Assembly: GCA_945869965.1 (NCBI GenBank)
Contig: CAMBRC010000003.1
Span: forward strand, 27,816 to 91,815
Origin: Asaia bogorensis
Lineage (GTDB): Bacteria > Pseudomonadota > Alphaproteobacteria > Acetobacterales > Acetobacteraceae
Direction of reading: 5' to 3'
DNA length: 64,000 bases
A program made the position numbers and the translations under genes. Below the pieces are notes generated by a model that saw only the letters and a program-made list of their open reading frames with translations, did no database searches and had not been told where the DNA came from. Positions within the stretch are counted from its first letter, which is position 1; every line of letters starts with the position of its first letter. Positions 37,173-46,587 of this stretch are shown here, piece after piece.

Positions 37173-39530
37173 TCATGCGGCAGGAGGCGGGGTCAACGCC
37201 AGCCGGGCCTCCATCACATCGGCATCGCCCGGGGTGCGGCGGACCTTGAAGCCGAGCTTGCGGATGAAGGCCAGCATCGGCGCGTTGTCGGCCAGCACCT
37301 GGCCCACCACCTCGCGCACGCCTTTGGCGCGACCCCAGGCGAGCAACTGGCGCATCAGGGCGCTGGCGACGCCGTGGCCTTTGGCGTCAGCCTGTACGAC
37401 GATGGCGAATTCGGCTTCCCCGGTGTCCATCTCGCGCACCAGGCGGGCGACGCCGACGGTGCTGCCGTCCGGACGCACCGCCAGCAGGGCCATTTCGCGC
37501 TCGTAGTCCACCTGGGTCAGACGGGCGATCTGTTCAGTGGACAGGGCGCGGATGGCGCTGAAGAAGCGGTAGCGGACGTCCTGCGGCGAGAGGCGGGCGA
37601 AGAAGGCGGCGTGGGCAGTGGCGTCCTCGGGGCGGATCGGGCGGATCACCATCGCTTCGCCACCGGCGTCATGGAGGCGGACCCATTCGGTGGGATAGGG
37701 CGGGATGGCCAGGCGCGCGGCGCCATTGACGCGCATGGTGACCGTGGCGGCGCCGGCGCGGATGCCGGCAGCGTCCAGGTGGAGTGGATCGAGTTCCAGC
37801 GTGGCGATATGCGGTTGCTCGACGGCAAGCTGGCTGACCCGCACCAGCAGGTCGGCGACGGCGGCGGCGGCACCGGGGATGGTGGCGATCTCCCGCCCGA
37901 TGCCGGTATGGGCGATCAGGCTGGCCGCCAAAGCGGGGTTGAGCGGCGGCAGGTCGATGGCAATGTCGTGGCGCATCTCGCCGGCCCGGCCGCCCTGGCC
38001 GAAGGCGAGTGTCGGGCCGAACATCGCGTCCTCGCCGAGAGCGACGCGCAAGGCGATGGTGCCAAGTGTGTCGGAGATGCGGATGCCGTAGGCGGCGAGC
38101 AGCGCCTGGGTCGCGGCCGGGGCGAGCAGGCCGGACGGGGCCCGTTCAATGGCGGCGGCGGCGGCCTTCGTGTCGATGGCGAGATCGGGCAGGAAGCTGT
38201 CGGGCAGTTCGCGGGCGGCGGCGCGGATGCGGCGGTGCTGGACCAGGTGCAGGAAGCCGCGCACCGCCTCCTCCGGGGTGGCGAAGGCGGGGACGCCGGC
38301 GGTGGCCAGGGTGCGGCGGTGGGCCTCGCCGGTGGTTTGGCCCATGGCGCAGACCAGCAGCGGGACTTTTATTGCCGTTGCCGCCGCTGCGATCGCGGTC
38401 ATCGCGGCGGCGTCGCCGGGGCCGGTCGGGGCGTGGACCAGCACCACGCCGCCGACCTCTGGCGCGCCGGCCAGCAGGGCGGAGAGTTCGGCCAGGCGGA
38501 TCGCCTCGTCCGGGCCGGCGTAAACGATGCCCTCGGTGCCAGCCACCGGGGCGGCGCTGCGCGCGCGCAAGGCGCCGGGCACGGCCAGGGCGATGACCTC
38601 GCGGGTTTCCGGCGCCAATGTGGCCAGGGTGAGGCCGTCACGCAGGGCGGCGTCGGCGGCGAGCTGGGCGGGACCAATGGCGTTGGTGACGATGGCGAGG
38701 TGGTCGCTGCGGCCCGCTGTCACGGGGATCGGTTTGGCGCGGGTGAGGGTCTCGGCGGCGGCCAGCAGGTCGGCGAGGTTGGTCACGCTGAGCACGCCAC
38801 AGCGGCGCAACACCGCCTCGAAGGTGGCATCGGCCATGCCCGCGGGATCGGCCGCGCGGGTGCCGGCGCGGATCGCCACCACCGGGCGCAGACGGGCGGC
38901 GGCGCGGGCGGCGGAGACGAAGCGGCGAGGGTCGCGGATGTGGCGGATGTCGAGCAGGATCGCGCCGGTGTCGGGGTCGCGCGACAGCCAGTCGAGCACC
39001 AGGCCGAAGCCGATATCGGCATTGCCGCCGATGCCGGCGATGGTGGAGAAGCCGACGCCATTCGGCTCCGCCCAGTCCAGCACCACCCGGCACAATGCGG
39101 CGGATTGCGATACCAGGGCGAGACGGCCGGGGTGCGGCGGCAGGTGGGCGCGCGAGATGTTCAGGCCGAGCTTCGGCACGGCGATGCCGAACGAGCCCGG
39201 GCCGAGGGCGCGGATGCCGGCGGCGCGGGCTGCCTCGGCGACGCCATCGGCCATGCACAGGACGATGGCCGAGCGGGTGCCCAATTCGGCCAGTTGGCGG
39301 AACACTGCCGCGATCGGCGATGACAGGGCGCAGATAGCGGCGATGTCTGGCGGTGCGGTCAGTGCGGCCACGTCCTCGACCGGCATGACCTGCCCGTTGA
39401 AGCCGGCGGTGGCGAGGTTGGCCAGCACCTGGGCACCGATCGGCGACGCGGCGCCGATGATGGCGACTGAACGCGGCTGGAACAGCAATTCCGGGCGGAA
39501 CTTGCCGGCGGGCGGGGGGAGGATGGCCAT
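37173..39530 (-). CDS. bifunctional acyl-CoA synthetase (ADP-forming)-like / GNAT N-acetyltransferase (Pat-type protein acetyltransferase)
   Basis: 785 aa with an N-terminal CoA-binding domain (SVAIIGAASPIG), a succinyl-CoA-synthetase-like region, and a C-terminal GNAT domain (FAIVVQADAKGHGVASALM). Confidence 0.7.
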   Translation of the reverse strand: MAILPPPAGKFRPELLFQPRSVAIIGAASPIGAQVLANLATAGFNGQVMPVEDVAALTAPPDIAAICALSSPIAAVFRQLAELGTRSAIVLCMADGVAEAARAAGIRALGPGSFGIAVPKLGLNISRAHLPPHPGRLALVSQSAALCRVVLDWAEPNGVGFSTIAGIGGNADIGFGLVLDWLSRDPDTGAILLDIRHIRDPRRFVSAARAAARLRPVVAIRAGTRAADPAGMADATFEAVLRRCGVLSVTNLADLLAAAETLTRAKPIPVTAGRSDHLAIVTNAIGPAQLAADAALRDGLTLATLAPETREVIALAVPGALRARSAAPVAGTEGIVYAGPDEAIRLAELSALLAGAPEVGGVVLVHAPTGPGDAAAMTAIAAAATAIKVPLLVCAMGQTTGEAHRRTLATAGVPAFATPEEAVRGFLHLVQHRRIRAAARELPDSFLPDLAIDTKAAAAAIERAPSGLLAPAATQALLAAYGIRISDTLGTIALRVALGEDAMFGPTLAFGQGGRAGEMRHDIAIDLPPLNPALAASLIAHTGIGREIATIPGAAAAVADLLVRVSQLAVEQPHIATLELDPLHLDAAGIRAGAATVTMRVNGAARLAIPPYPTEWVRLHDAGGEAMVIRPIRPEDATAHAAFFARLSPQDVRYRFFSAIRALSTEQIARLTQVDYEREMALLAVRPDGSTVGVARLVREMDTGEAEFAIVVQADAKGHGVASALMRQLLAWGRAKGVREVVGQVLADNAPMLAFIRKLGFKVRRTPGDADVMEARLALTPPPAA

Positions 39531-39610
39531 GGCCCGATGCTACACCGGCAATGGCAGGTTTGCGCGATCTCGCAGCCTTGGCATGATGGCGGTTGCAGAA
39601 GGACACGACC

Positions 39611-40579
39611 ATGACCGACACGTCACGATGGGACCCCGAGATGCTGGCTGCCCGCCAGCGCCTGGATGCCGAGGCGGCCAAGTATCCGCCGGTGGTGGCG
39701 CGCGAGCCGTTCGACCTGTCGCGCGAGGTCACCGAGATCATGGGCGAGGTGTTCGGCAGCGGCGGGCCGGTGATGGCGCTGAGCGAGGAGCGCTGGGTGA
39801 TGGCGCGCGGGCGGCGGGTGTTCACCAAGTTCCACCACCCGGCACCGGGCGAGCAGCGGCCGTTGCTGATCTGGTTTCATGGCGGCGGCTGGGTTTGGAG
39901 CAGCGTCGATACGCATGACCGGCTGGTGCGCGAGTTGGCCACGGCCAGCGGCTTTGCGGCGTTGAACGTGGATTACTCGCTGTCGCCGGAAGCGAAGTTT
40001 CCGACCGCGCTGCTGGAATGCGCCGAGGTAGTGCGCTGTGTGGCCGAGACGGCGGAGGCGTGGGATGTGGATCCGCGCTACATCGTGGTGGGCGGCGACA
40101 GTGCCGGCGGGAACCTGGCGATCGGGGCCGCGATTGCCCTGCGCGACCAGGGCGGGCCGGCGCTGGCGGGGATGCACCTGGTCTATCCGGTGGCAGACGC
40201 CAACTTCGAGACCAATTCGTACCGTGAGTTCGCCGAGGGCCACGGGCTGACGCGGGCGGGGATGATGGCCTACTGGGACCTTTATACCCGCGACCCGGCC
40301 GACCGGCTGAACCCGCTGGCCGCCCCGTTGCGCGATCATCTGCGCGGGCTGCCGCCGGCGCTGGTGCAGCTGGCGGAGCTGGATGTTCTCAGCAGCGAGG
40401 GCGGGATGCTGGGCAGCAAGCTGAACCTGGTTGGCACGCGGGCGGCGGTGATCACCTATCCCGGCATGTTGCATGGCTTCATGCGGCTGGGCGAGGCGGT
40501 GGGCCAGGCGCGCGAGGCGGTGAAGCATGCGGCGAGCTGGCTGCAGGAAGTGGGTGGGATGCTACCGCCGGAGGGGTGA
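39611..40579 (+). CDS. alpha/beta hydrolase (hormone-sensitive-lipase-type esterase)
   Basis: HGGGW oxyanion motif and the GDSAGGNLA nucleophile elbow. ATG at 39611 with an AAGGA RBS. Confidence 0.75.
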   Translation: MTDTSRWDPEMLAARQRLDAEAAKYPPVVAREPFDLSREVTEIMGEVFGSGGPVMALSEERWVMARGRRVFTKFHHPAPGEQRPLLIWFHGGGWVWSSVDTHDRLVRELATASGFAALNVDYSLSPEAKFPTALLECAEVVRCVAETAEAWDVDPRYIVVGGDSAGGNLAIGAAIALRDQGGPALAGMHLVYPVADANFETNSYREFAEGHGLTRAGMMAYWDLYTRDPADRLNPLAAPLRDHLRGLPPALVQLAELDVLSSEGGMLGSKLNLVGTRAAVITYPGMLHGFMRLGEAVGQAREAVKHAASWLQEVGGMLPPEG

Positions 40580-40594
40580 GGGCCGCGGCGCTGC

Positions 40595-41794
40595 CTAGTC
40601 GAGCGCGAAATAGCGGCGCCGGGCGGTTTCGTCGGATGGCACGTCGGGGCCACATCCGATGAGATCCGGCACACGCGCCGGGTCGGCGCGCCATGCCTGC
40701 TGGGCGCGGACACGATCGGCGTCAGCCTGCGGACCCCGTGCAAATCCCATGTAGGACCGCCAGTCGATGACGCGCTTGAGGGCCGCAAAATACGCGTTGT
40801 GCTCGGCTGCATAGCTGGATGCAGCGCGCGGCCAGTCGGCATCGCCCAGCAGATGGTCGCGCAGCACCCGCACGTCGCGCAGCGTCAGTGCCAGCCCGCT
40901 GCCAAAGGACGGGTCGCTCGCACCCGCGGCATCGCCGATCAGCACCACGCCATTGCGATACGGATGCTCGACCCAACTGGACGCGCCTTCGAACGAGGCC
41001 AGCAGGCCGATCTGCTGGGCGCGGTCATACCATCCCTGGCGCCCGCCAATCCCCTGACAGGCCGCCAGGAACGCCGGTGCCGACCGGGCGCCGCTGAACC
41101 GCGGGCCGGCTTCCTCGCTCCGGTGGATCAGGTAGGTGCGCACGCGCTCGCCGTCGAGCGGATAGACCAGCATCGCCCGCCCCTGCACGACGTTCGGCAC
41201 GACATGGATGCTGTCGGGGTCGCACGCCACACCCTCGTGCAACGTGCTCGCCACCACGAGGAAATCGGGCGCGCGAAGCTCCTCGAACCCGCCCCAGCCC
41301 CGCACGCGCGACGCGCGGCCATCCGCGCCCACCACCAGGCGGGCAGCGCTCGTCTCGTCGCCCTGCGTGGTCCGATAGGTGACGGATGGGCACGCGCCAA
41401 CTGTCACCCCCGTGACCTCCACCCCGCGCCGCACCTCCGCACCGGCCTCGGCGGCCAGCGCGATCAGCGCTTCCTGCATCGCCTCATGGTGAAAGTTCAG
41501 CATCCCCAGGCCAGAGGGCAAGGTCGCCGCAAGGTCGCGATGCATGCTCTGGCCGCCGGGTAAATGTATTGTCCACCCGGGCAACTCGCGACCGCATGTG
41601 GTCCGCAAGGCATCCAGCAGGCCGAGGCGTCGCGCTTCCTCGCAGCCCCAGGGGAAGATGCCCTCGCCACGCACCCGGTCGCGAAACCGCACTTCGCGCT
41701 CCAGCACCAGCACCCGCGCTCCGGCGCGCGCCATCACCACCCCAAGCGCCGCACCGCCAAGGCCGCCGCCGACAATGGCGAGATCATAACTCAT
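40595..41794 (-). CDS. FAD-dependent monooxygenase
   Basis: N-terminal DLAIVGGGLGGAALG dinucleotide-binding motif and a later GDAAG motif. Confidence 0.7.
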   Translation of the reverse strand: MSYDLAIVGGGLGGAALGVVMARAGARVLVLEREVRFRDRVRGEGIFPWGCEEARRLGLLDALRTTCGRELPGWTIHLPGGQSMHRDLAATLPSGLGMLNFHHEAMQEALIALAAEAGAEVRRGVEVTGVTVGACPSVTYRTTQGDETSAARLVVGADGRASRVRGWGGFEELRAPDFLVVASTLHEGVACDPDSIHVVPNVVQGRAMLVYPLDGERVRTYLIHRSEEAGPRFSGARSAPAFLAACQGIGGRQGWYDRAQQIGLLASFEGASSWVEHPYRNGVVLIGDAAGASDPSFGSGLALTLRDVRVLRDHLLGDADWPRAASSYAAEHNAYFAALKRVIDWRSYMGFARGPQADADRVRAQQAWRADPARVPDLIGCGPDVPSDETARRRYFALD

Positions 41795-41861
41795 ACCGCA
41801 CCCCTCCGAATGCCAACGCGACCCTGCCGCCCCGCAACGGCAGCCAGCAAGCGACGCTGCG

Positions 41862-42743
41862 TCAGACCGGCCGATCCCCCAGCACCGTCACCCGATTGCC
41901 GCTGCGCGTATGCGGCCAGTAATCCCACATCGCCCGGTGCTGCACGCAGCGATTGTCCCAGAACGCCACCGCCCGCTCGCTCCACCGGAACCGGCACTGC
42001 CACAGCGGGCTTTCCATATGCTCGTACAGATACCCCAGGATCGCCGCGCTCTCATCGCCGGGAATCCCCACGATATTCCGCGTGAACCCGCGATTGACAT
42101 ACAGCGCGCGCCGCCCGGTCACCGGATGCGTCCGCACCACCGGATGTTCCGACCGCGGATAAACCGGCCGGTCCGCCACCCCGAGATTGGCATAGGTCCC
42201 GCGATACACCTGCTCGCCGTCATGCACCGCCACCAGCCCGTCCAGATACGCCTTCATCCGGTCGGACAGCGCCTCGTACGCCGCGTACATGCTGGCAAAC
42301 AGCGTATCCCCGCCATGCGGTGGACACTGCTTGAGATACAGGATCGACCCCATCGGCGGCAGCTCATCGCACGAAACGTCGCTGTGCCAGCCTTCACCAT
42401 TGGCGCGCGAAGAATTCTTGTCGGCATGGATCTTCATCAGCGCCGGCAGCCCCGGCTCATGCGGCGCCGCGGGATGAATATGCAATTCGCCAAACCGCCG
42501 CCCGAAATCCAGATGCTGCTCCGGCGTCAGCGTCTGGTCGCGAAAGAAGATCACCGAGTTCTCCGCCAGCGCCCGATGGATCTCATCGAATTGCTGGTTG
42601 CCCAACGGCCGCGACAGATCCACCCCGGCAATCTCCGCCCCGATGATCGGGGTCAGCTTGTCCACCGTGATCGTCTCATACGGCGCCGACTCACCGGCGT
42701 CGTGGCGATAGCGAGGCCCCTGGTTGCCGCGCAGCGTGTTCAT
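41862..42743 (-). CDS. TauD/TfdA family Fe(II)/2-oxoglutarate dioxygenase (taurine dioxygenase-like)
   Basis: 293 aa with WHSDVS (HxD), EHPVVRTHP and WDNRCVQHRA, the TauD motifs. Confidence 0.8.
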   Translation of the reverse strand: MNTLRGNQGPRYRHDAGESAPYETITVDKLTPIIGAEIAGVDLSRPLGNQQFDEIHRALAENSVIFFRDQTLTPEQHLDFGRRFGELHIHPAAPHEPGLPALMKIHADKNSSRANGEGWHSDVSCDELPPMGSILYLKQCPPHGGDTLFASMYAAYEALSDRMKAYLDGLVAVHDGEQVYRGTYANLGVADRPVYPRSEHPVVRTHPVTGRRALYVNRGFTRNIVGIPGDESAAILGYLYEHMESPLWQCRFRWSERAVAFWDNRCVQHRAMWDYWPHTRSGNRVTVLGDRPV

Positions 42744-42776
42744 GGTGCTCTCCCTCGTCGGCTTTGCGCGAGCCTA

Positions 42777-43202
42777 TCACGGGTCGGACGACAGGTCGCC
42801 CCATTGCGTGGCGCGGTAGATGCGCAGCGCGATCACCGGCAGGGCGCCGAGGGCCATGGCACGGTATTGCGGGTAGCGCGCGCGCAGCAGTTCCTGGGCG
42901 GCGTCATGCTCCGCGCCGTCGGCCAGGATGTCGGCTCGGCCGTGCAGCATGACCCAGCCGAGGCGGGTCCAGTCCTCGTCGTAGCGGTCGGCGATCAGGC
43001 AGCAGACTGGGTTGGCGGCGAGATTGGCCAGGCGGCGCAGTGGGCGGCCGGATTTGGGCTTGGCGTCGATGGTGATGTAGGCGGTTGCGGCCGCGAGCGC
43101 GAAGCAGACGGGCACGACATGCGGCACGGCTTGGGCGTCGGCGGTGGCCAGATGCGCCACGCGGCGGGCCAGCAGGAATTCGCGCGCGCCAGGGGTCAGC
43201 AT
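42777..43202 (-). CDS. PPOX-class (pyridoxamine 5'-phosphate oxidase fold) probable F420-dependent enzyme, TIGR03668-like
   Basis: HVVPVCFA...IDAKPK...LRRLANLAANP...DRYDEDWTRLGWV matches the Rv0121-type family as I recall it. Confidence 0.55.
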   Translation of the reverse strand: MLTPGAREFLLARRVAHLATADAQAVPHVVPVCFALAAATAYITIDAKPKSGRPLRRLANLAANPVCCLIADRYDEDWTRLGWVMLHGRADILADGAEHDAAQELLRARYPQYRAMALGALPVIALRIYRATQWGDLSSDP

Positions 43203-43259
43203 CGATGCCTCTCGCAGAGTTCGCCAGAGGCTGTATCATGGGGCAACACCAAAGGGGGA

Positions 43260-44114
43260 ATGACCATGGATTTCGGCGCATCGATGTTCTTCACGGATTA
43301 CTCCATGACGCCGGTGGCCCTCGGCCTGGCGCTGGAGGAGCGCGGCTTCGAGTCCGTCTGGGCGCCCGAGCACTCGCACATCCCGGTCTCGCGCCGCACG
43401 CCGTTCCCGGGCGGCGGGGACCTGCCGAAGCGCTATTACGACGCCATGGACCCGTTCGTCACCCTCGCCGCGGCAGCGGCGGCCACCAAGCATCTCAAGA
43501 TCGGCACCGGCGTCTGCCTGGTCAACCAGCGCGACCCGATCCAGACGGCAAAGTTGGTGGCCTCGATCGACCAGATCAGCGAGGGGCGCTTCCTGTTCGG
43601 CATCGGCATCGGCTGGAACCAAGACGAGATGGAGAACCACGGCACCGTCTACGCAACCCGCGCCAAGCTTTCACGCGAGCGGATCGAGGCGATGAAGGAG
43701 ATCTGGACCAAGTCCAAGGCCGAGTACCACGGCGAATTCGTCAACTTCGACCCGATAATGGCGTGGCCGAAGCCGTTCGCCAAGCCGCATCCGCCGATCA
43801 TTGTCGGCGGCGCCTTTCCGCAAGGAGCGCGCCGTGCGCTGCGCTACGGCAATGGCTGGATCCCGGTCGCCGGGCGCGCGCCGATCGACGACGGGCTGCG
43901 GGCTTTCAAGCAAATGGCCGCCGAAGCCGGGCGCGACCCGGCCGAGGTGCCGATCTCGGCGTTCGGCGCCAAGGAGGACTTTGATGTCATCCGCCGCCAG
44001 GGCGATCTCGGTGTCAGCCGGACGGTGGTGATGCTGGACTCGGAAAAGGAGGACAAGATCCTGCCCGTGCTCGACCGCTGGGCGGAGATCATCCGCAAGT
44101 CGAAGGCCGGGTAG
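43260..44114 (+). CDS. LLM-class (luciferase-like) probable F420-dependent oxidoreductase, TIGR03619-like
   Basis: GFESVWAPEHSHIP, LKIGTGVCLV and SEGRFLFGIGIGWNQDEME motifs. The start is at 43260 or 43266. Confidence 0.6.
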   Translation: MTMDFGASMFFTDYSMTPVALGLALEERGFESVWAPEHSHIPVSRRTPFPGGGDLPKRYYDAMDPFVTLAAAAAATKHLKIGTGVCLVNQRDPIQTAKLVASIDQISEGRFLFGIGIGWNQDEMENHGTVYATRAKLSRERIEAMKEIWTKSKAEYHGEFVNFDPIMAWPKPFAKPHPPIIVGGAFPQGARRALRYGNGWIPVAGRAPIDDGLRAFKQMAAEAGRDPAEVPISAFGAKEDFDVIRRQGDLGVSRTVVMLDSEKEDKILPVLDRWAEIIRKSKAG

Positions 44115-44126
44115 CCCGGGCACCGG

Positions 44127-44645
44127 TCACGGCGGCGGTTCCCATGACGAACCGCCGGCCGTGGGTTTCCTGCGCGCCGAGCCGGTCCAGAGAACGCCGG
44201 GGTAGCCCTTGAACGAGCCGAGCTTCTCGCCGCGATAGGCCCATTCCGGCGCCTCGTCGGGGGCGATGTGGTAGCGCGGTTCGCGGCCGGTGCGCAGGTC
44301 GAACAGGGCGCGGGGGATGTTGACCATGCGCGCGGAACTGGCGCGCTCGTAGATCAGCGGGGTGCCGCAGCGGCGGCAGAAGCTGCGGGCCGATTTCGTC
44401 GCCGGGTCCTCGAAGCGGGTGATCTCGTCCTTGCCCTGGGTGATGCGGAGGCGGCTGCGCCAGGTGCCGACATAGGTGGCGCTGGCGGCGCCGTGTGCGC
44501 GCTGGGTGATGCGCGAGTGGTCGTGCCAGGCCCAGAATGCCGGAACCTGCATCTCCAGCCGGACCGCGCCGCACACGCATTGCGCTGTCACCGCCGAGAC
44601 GTCGCCGCGCCGGCTTCGGTTCATTGTCCTGCCGTCGTCGTCCAT
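44127..44645 (-). CDS. GFA family protein (CENP-V/glutathione-dependent formaldehyde-activating fold)
   Basis: CVCG...CRRCGTPL zinc-Cys motifs. AGGAGG RBS 8 nt upstream of the ATG at 44645. Confidence 0.6.
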   Translation of the reverse strand: MDDDGRTMNRSRRGDVSAVTAQCVCGAVRLEMQVPAFWAWHDHSRITQRAHGAASATYVGTWRSRLRITQGKDEITRFEDPATKSARSFCRRCGTPLIYERASSARMVNIPRALFDLRTGREPRYHIAPDEAPEWAYRGEKLGSFKGYPGVLWTGSARRKPTAGGSSWEPPP

Positions 44646-44732
44646 TGTTGCGCCTCCTGCGCGATCGTCGAATACTCGCGGCTCTACGCCGGCGCGCAAT
44701 AGCCGATGAGCGAATTTCCGGGAGGACGACCA

Positions 44733-45482
44733 ATGGCATTCTACCGCGACATGACATGCGAGAACGTGACCATCCACGGCCATGGCGGCACGCCGATCAC
44801 CGCCTATGTGGCGCGGCCATCGGGACCGGGGCCGCATCCCGGGGTGGTGCTGATCCACCATCTGCCGGGCTGGAGCGAGCTTTATATCGAGACGACCCGG
44901 CGGTTCGCGCATCACGGCTACATCGCGATCTGCGCCAATTTGTATGAGCGGGCGGGCGGGGGCGACCCGGACGATGTCGCCGCAAAGGTACGCGCCGATG
45001 GAGGCATCGCTGACGCCCAGATGGTCGGCGATACCGCAGCCGCGGTGGCGTGGATGCGCGCGCAGGGGGATCACAATGGCCGCGTCGGGCTGTTCGGCTC
45101 GTGCTCCGGCGGGCGGCACGCGGTGATCTATGCCAGCCAGCGGCACGATATCGATGCTTGCGTCGATCTGTGGGGCGGACGCGTGGTGATGGGCGCCGAG
45201 GAGCTGAACGCCAAGATGCCGGCCGCGCCGATCGACATGACCCGCGATCTCGGCTGCCCGCTGCTCGGGATTTTCGGCAATGATGACCGCGCGCCGAGCC
45301 CTGAACAGGTCAACCAGCACGAGGCGGCGTTGCGGCAGCACGGCAAGGCCCACGAGTTCCACCGCTATGACGGCGCCGGCCATGGGTTCTTCTACTGGCA
45401 CCGCCCGCTGTACCGGCCGGAACAGGCGATGGATGCCTGGCGCAAGGTTTTCGCCTTCCTGGGCAAGCATCTCGCCAAGTAG
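44733..45482 (+). CDS. dienelactone hydrolase family protein
   Basis: Start at MAFYRDMTCENV with a GGGAGGA RBS. PGVVLIHHLPG, the nucleophile motif GSCSGG, and GAGHGF. Confidence 0.7.
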   Translation: MAFYRDMTCENVTIHGHGGTPITAYVARPSGPGPHPGVVLIHHLPGWSELYIETTRRFAHHGYIAICANLYERAGGGDPDDVAAKVRADGGIADAQMVGDTAAAVAWMRAQGDHNGRVGLFGSCSGGRHAVIYASQRHDIDACVDLWGGRVVMGAEELNAKMPAAPIDMTRDLGCPLLGIFGNDDRAPSPEQVNQHEAALRQHGKAHEFHRYDGAGHGFFYWHRPLYRPEQAMDAWRKVFAFLGKHLAK

Positions 45483-45493
45483 GGGGCCCACGC

Positions 45494-45799
45494 ATGTGCA
45501 CGTCGATTGTCGAGATCGCTCGCGCGGAGGGCATGGCCAAGCGGGGCGATGCCTGGTTCCCGCTATCCCTGGCGGTGGTGGCCTACGACCACGCCCGCCA
45601 TGCGCCGTTGGGCGATGTCATTACGCTGGACTTCCTCAATTCGGCGCTGGGACCCGAGGCGCGGGCCGGGATCGAGCTGACGCTGGACTCGGCCAAAGAG
45701 CTGCGCGCGGCGCTCGACCGGGCGATTGCCGCCGCCGAGTTCGAGGAGGCGGAAGTGCGCGGCAAGGGGGCGGCCGCGCCCTGCCAGGAGGCGGCATAA
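45494..45799 (+). CDS. hypothetical small protein (DUF6295-like?)
   Basis: 101 aa. MCTSIVEI...GDAWFPL...YDHARHAP...ITLDFLN resembles a family I recall mainly from actinobacteria (unverified). Confidence 0.4.
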   Translation: MCTSIVEIARAEGMAKRGDAWFPLSLAVVAYDHARHAPLGDVITLDFLNSALGPEARAGIELTLDSAKELRAALDRAIAAAEFEEAEVRGKGAAAPCQEAA

Positions 45800-46290
45800 A
45801 CAACGGCAAGCGGGGCGCGCTTGGGCGGCGCGCCGTTTTGGCGGGGCTCGGCAGCACCGGTTGCCGCCCAGACCGGCCTCAGCCCGGCGGAGCTGCTCGC
45901 CGCCGCCAGCAAAGAGGGGACCGCCGTCTGGCACACCTCGATCGACCTGCCGGTGGCGCAGAACGTGGCCGGGCTGTTCAACGCGCGGTTTCCGCAGGTG
46001 CGCATCCAGCTTGAACGTTCCGGCGCAGAACGGGTGTTGCAGCGCATCACCCAGGAATACGCCAGTGGCATCAAGGTCGCCGATGTGGTCGAAAGTTCCG
46101 ACGCCGCGATGTTCGTGGACTTCAAGCAGGTGAAGCCCGAGGACGCACCAACAAGTTTCGTCGACCTGCTGCACCCGCGCTGGCGCTTGCGCATGGTCAA
46201 AGCCTATCTCGGCTATAGCGGCACCATCATCAACGCGACCTTCACCACCGCGGCTGGACCTACTTCGAGCACTGGCCAAACAGCGGGTGC
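45800..46290 (+). pseudogene. ABC transporter substrate-binding protein (Fe3+/family-1 type), frameshifted and internally deleted
   Basis: The Tat-like signal RRAVLAGLGS is in one frame and the mature AAQTGLSPAELLAAASKEGTAVW... is in another. The expected central segment is missing (FVDFKQ joins directly to VKPEDAP). Homology ends at about 46270. Confidence 0.6.
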
Positions 46291-46299
46291 TGCAGGTGC

Positions 46300-46587
46300 A
46301 GTCGGCGACCGATCCGCCGAAGATGCGGGCGGCCTCTTCGAGTTCCACATGCAGGCCGCGCATTGCGCCTGGACCTGTAGGAAGCCGGCCGGCATCTCAA
46401 GAGGGACGATGGCGATCGCCAGGATCCACAGCGTGCCGTAAAGCAGGAAGGGCGGACGAGAGTAGACCAGGAATAGCCCGACGCCCATTACGATGCCGGG
46501 CACCGCGATCGGCGCCATCGCCAGCGCCGGCAGGAAGCGGGCGCCGGCAGGAAGCGGGCGCCGGGCGGAGGGTGGCGTGCCGCTCAT
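46300..46587 (-). pseudogene. ABC transporter permease fragment
   Basis: IAVPGIVMGVGLFLVYSRPPFLLYGTLWILAIAIV in one frame, then LHVELEEAARIFGGS in another. It is only a small internal piece of a permease. Confidence 0.55.
46526..46559. repeat. 17-bp perfect tandem duplication GCCGGCAGGAAGCGGGC x2 inside the permease fragment
   Basis: Read directly; its length is not a multiple of 3, so it shifts the frame. Confidence 0.9.

Noticed and set aside
43260-45491. Large ORFs 41910-44114 (plus) and 44127-45491 (minus) that suggest fused multidomain proteins
   Set aside because: Each is a read-through of a real C-terminal gene (the LLM oxidoreductase and the GFA protein, respectively) into the antisense of neighbouring genes. 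Internal start codons with RBS-like sequences give normal-sized family members.
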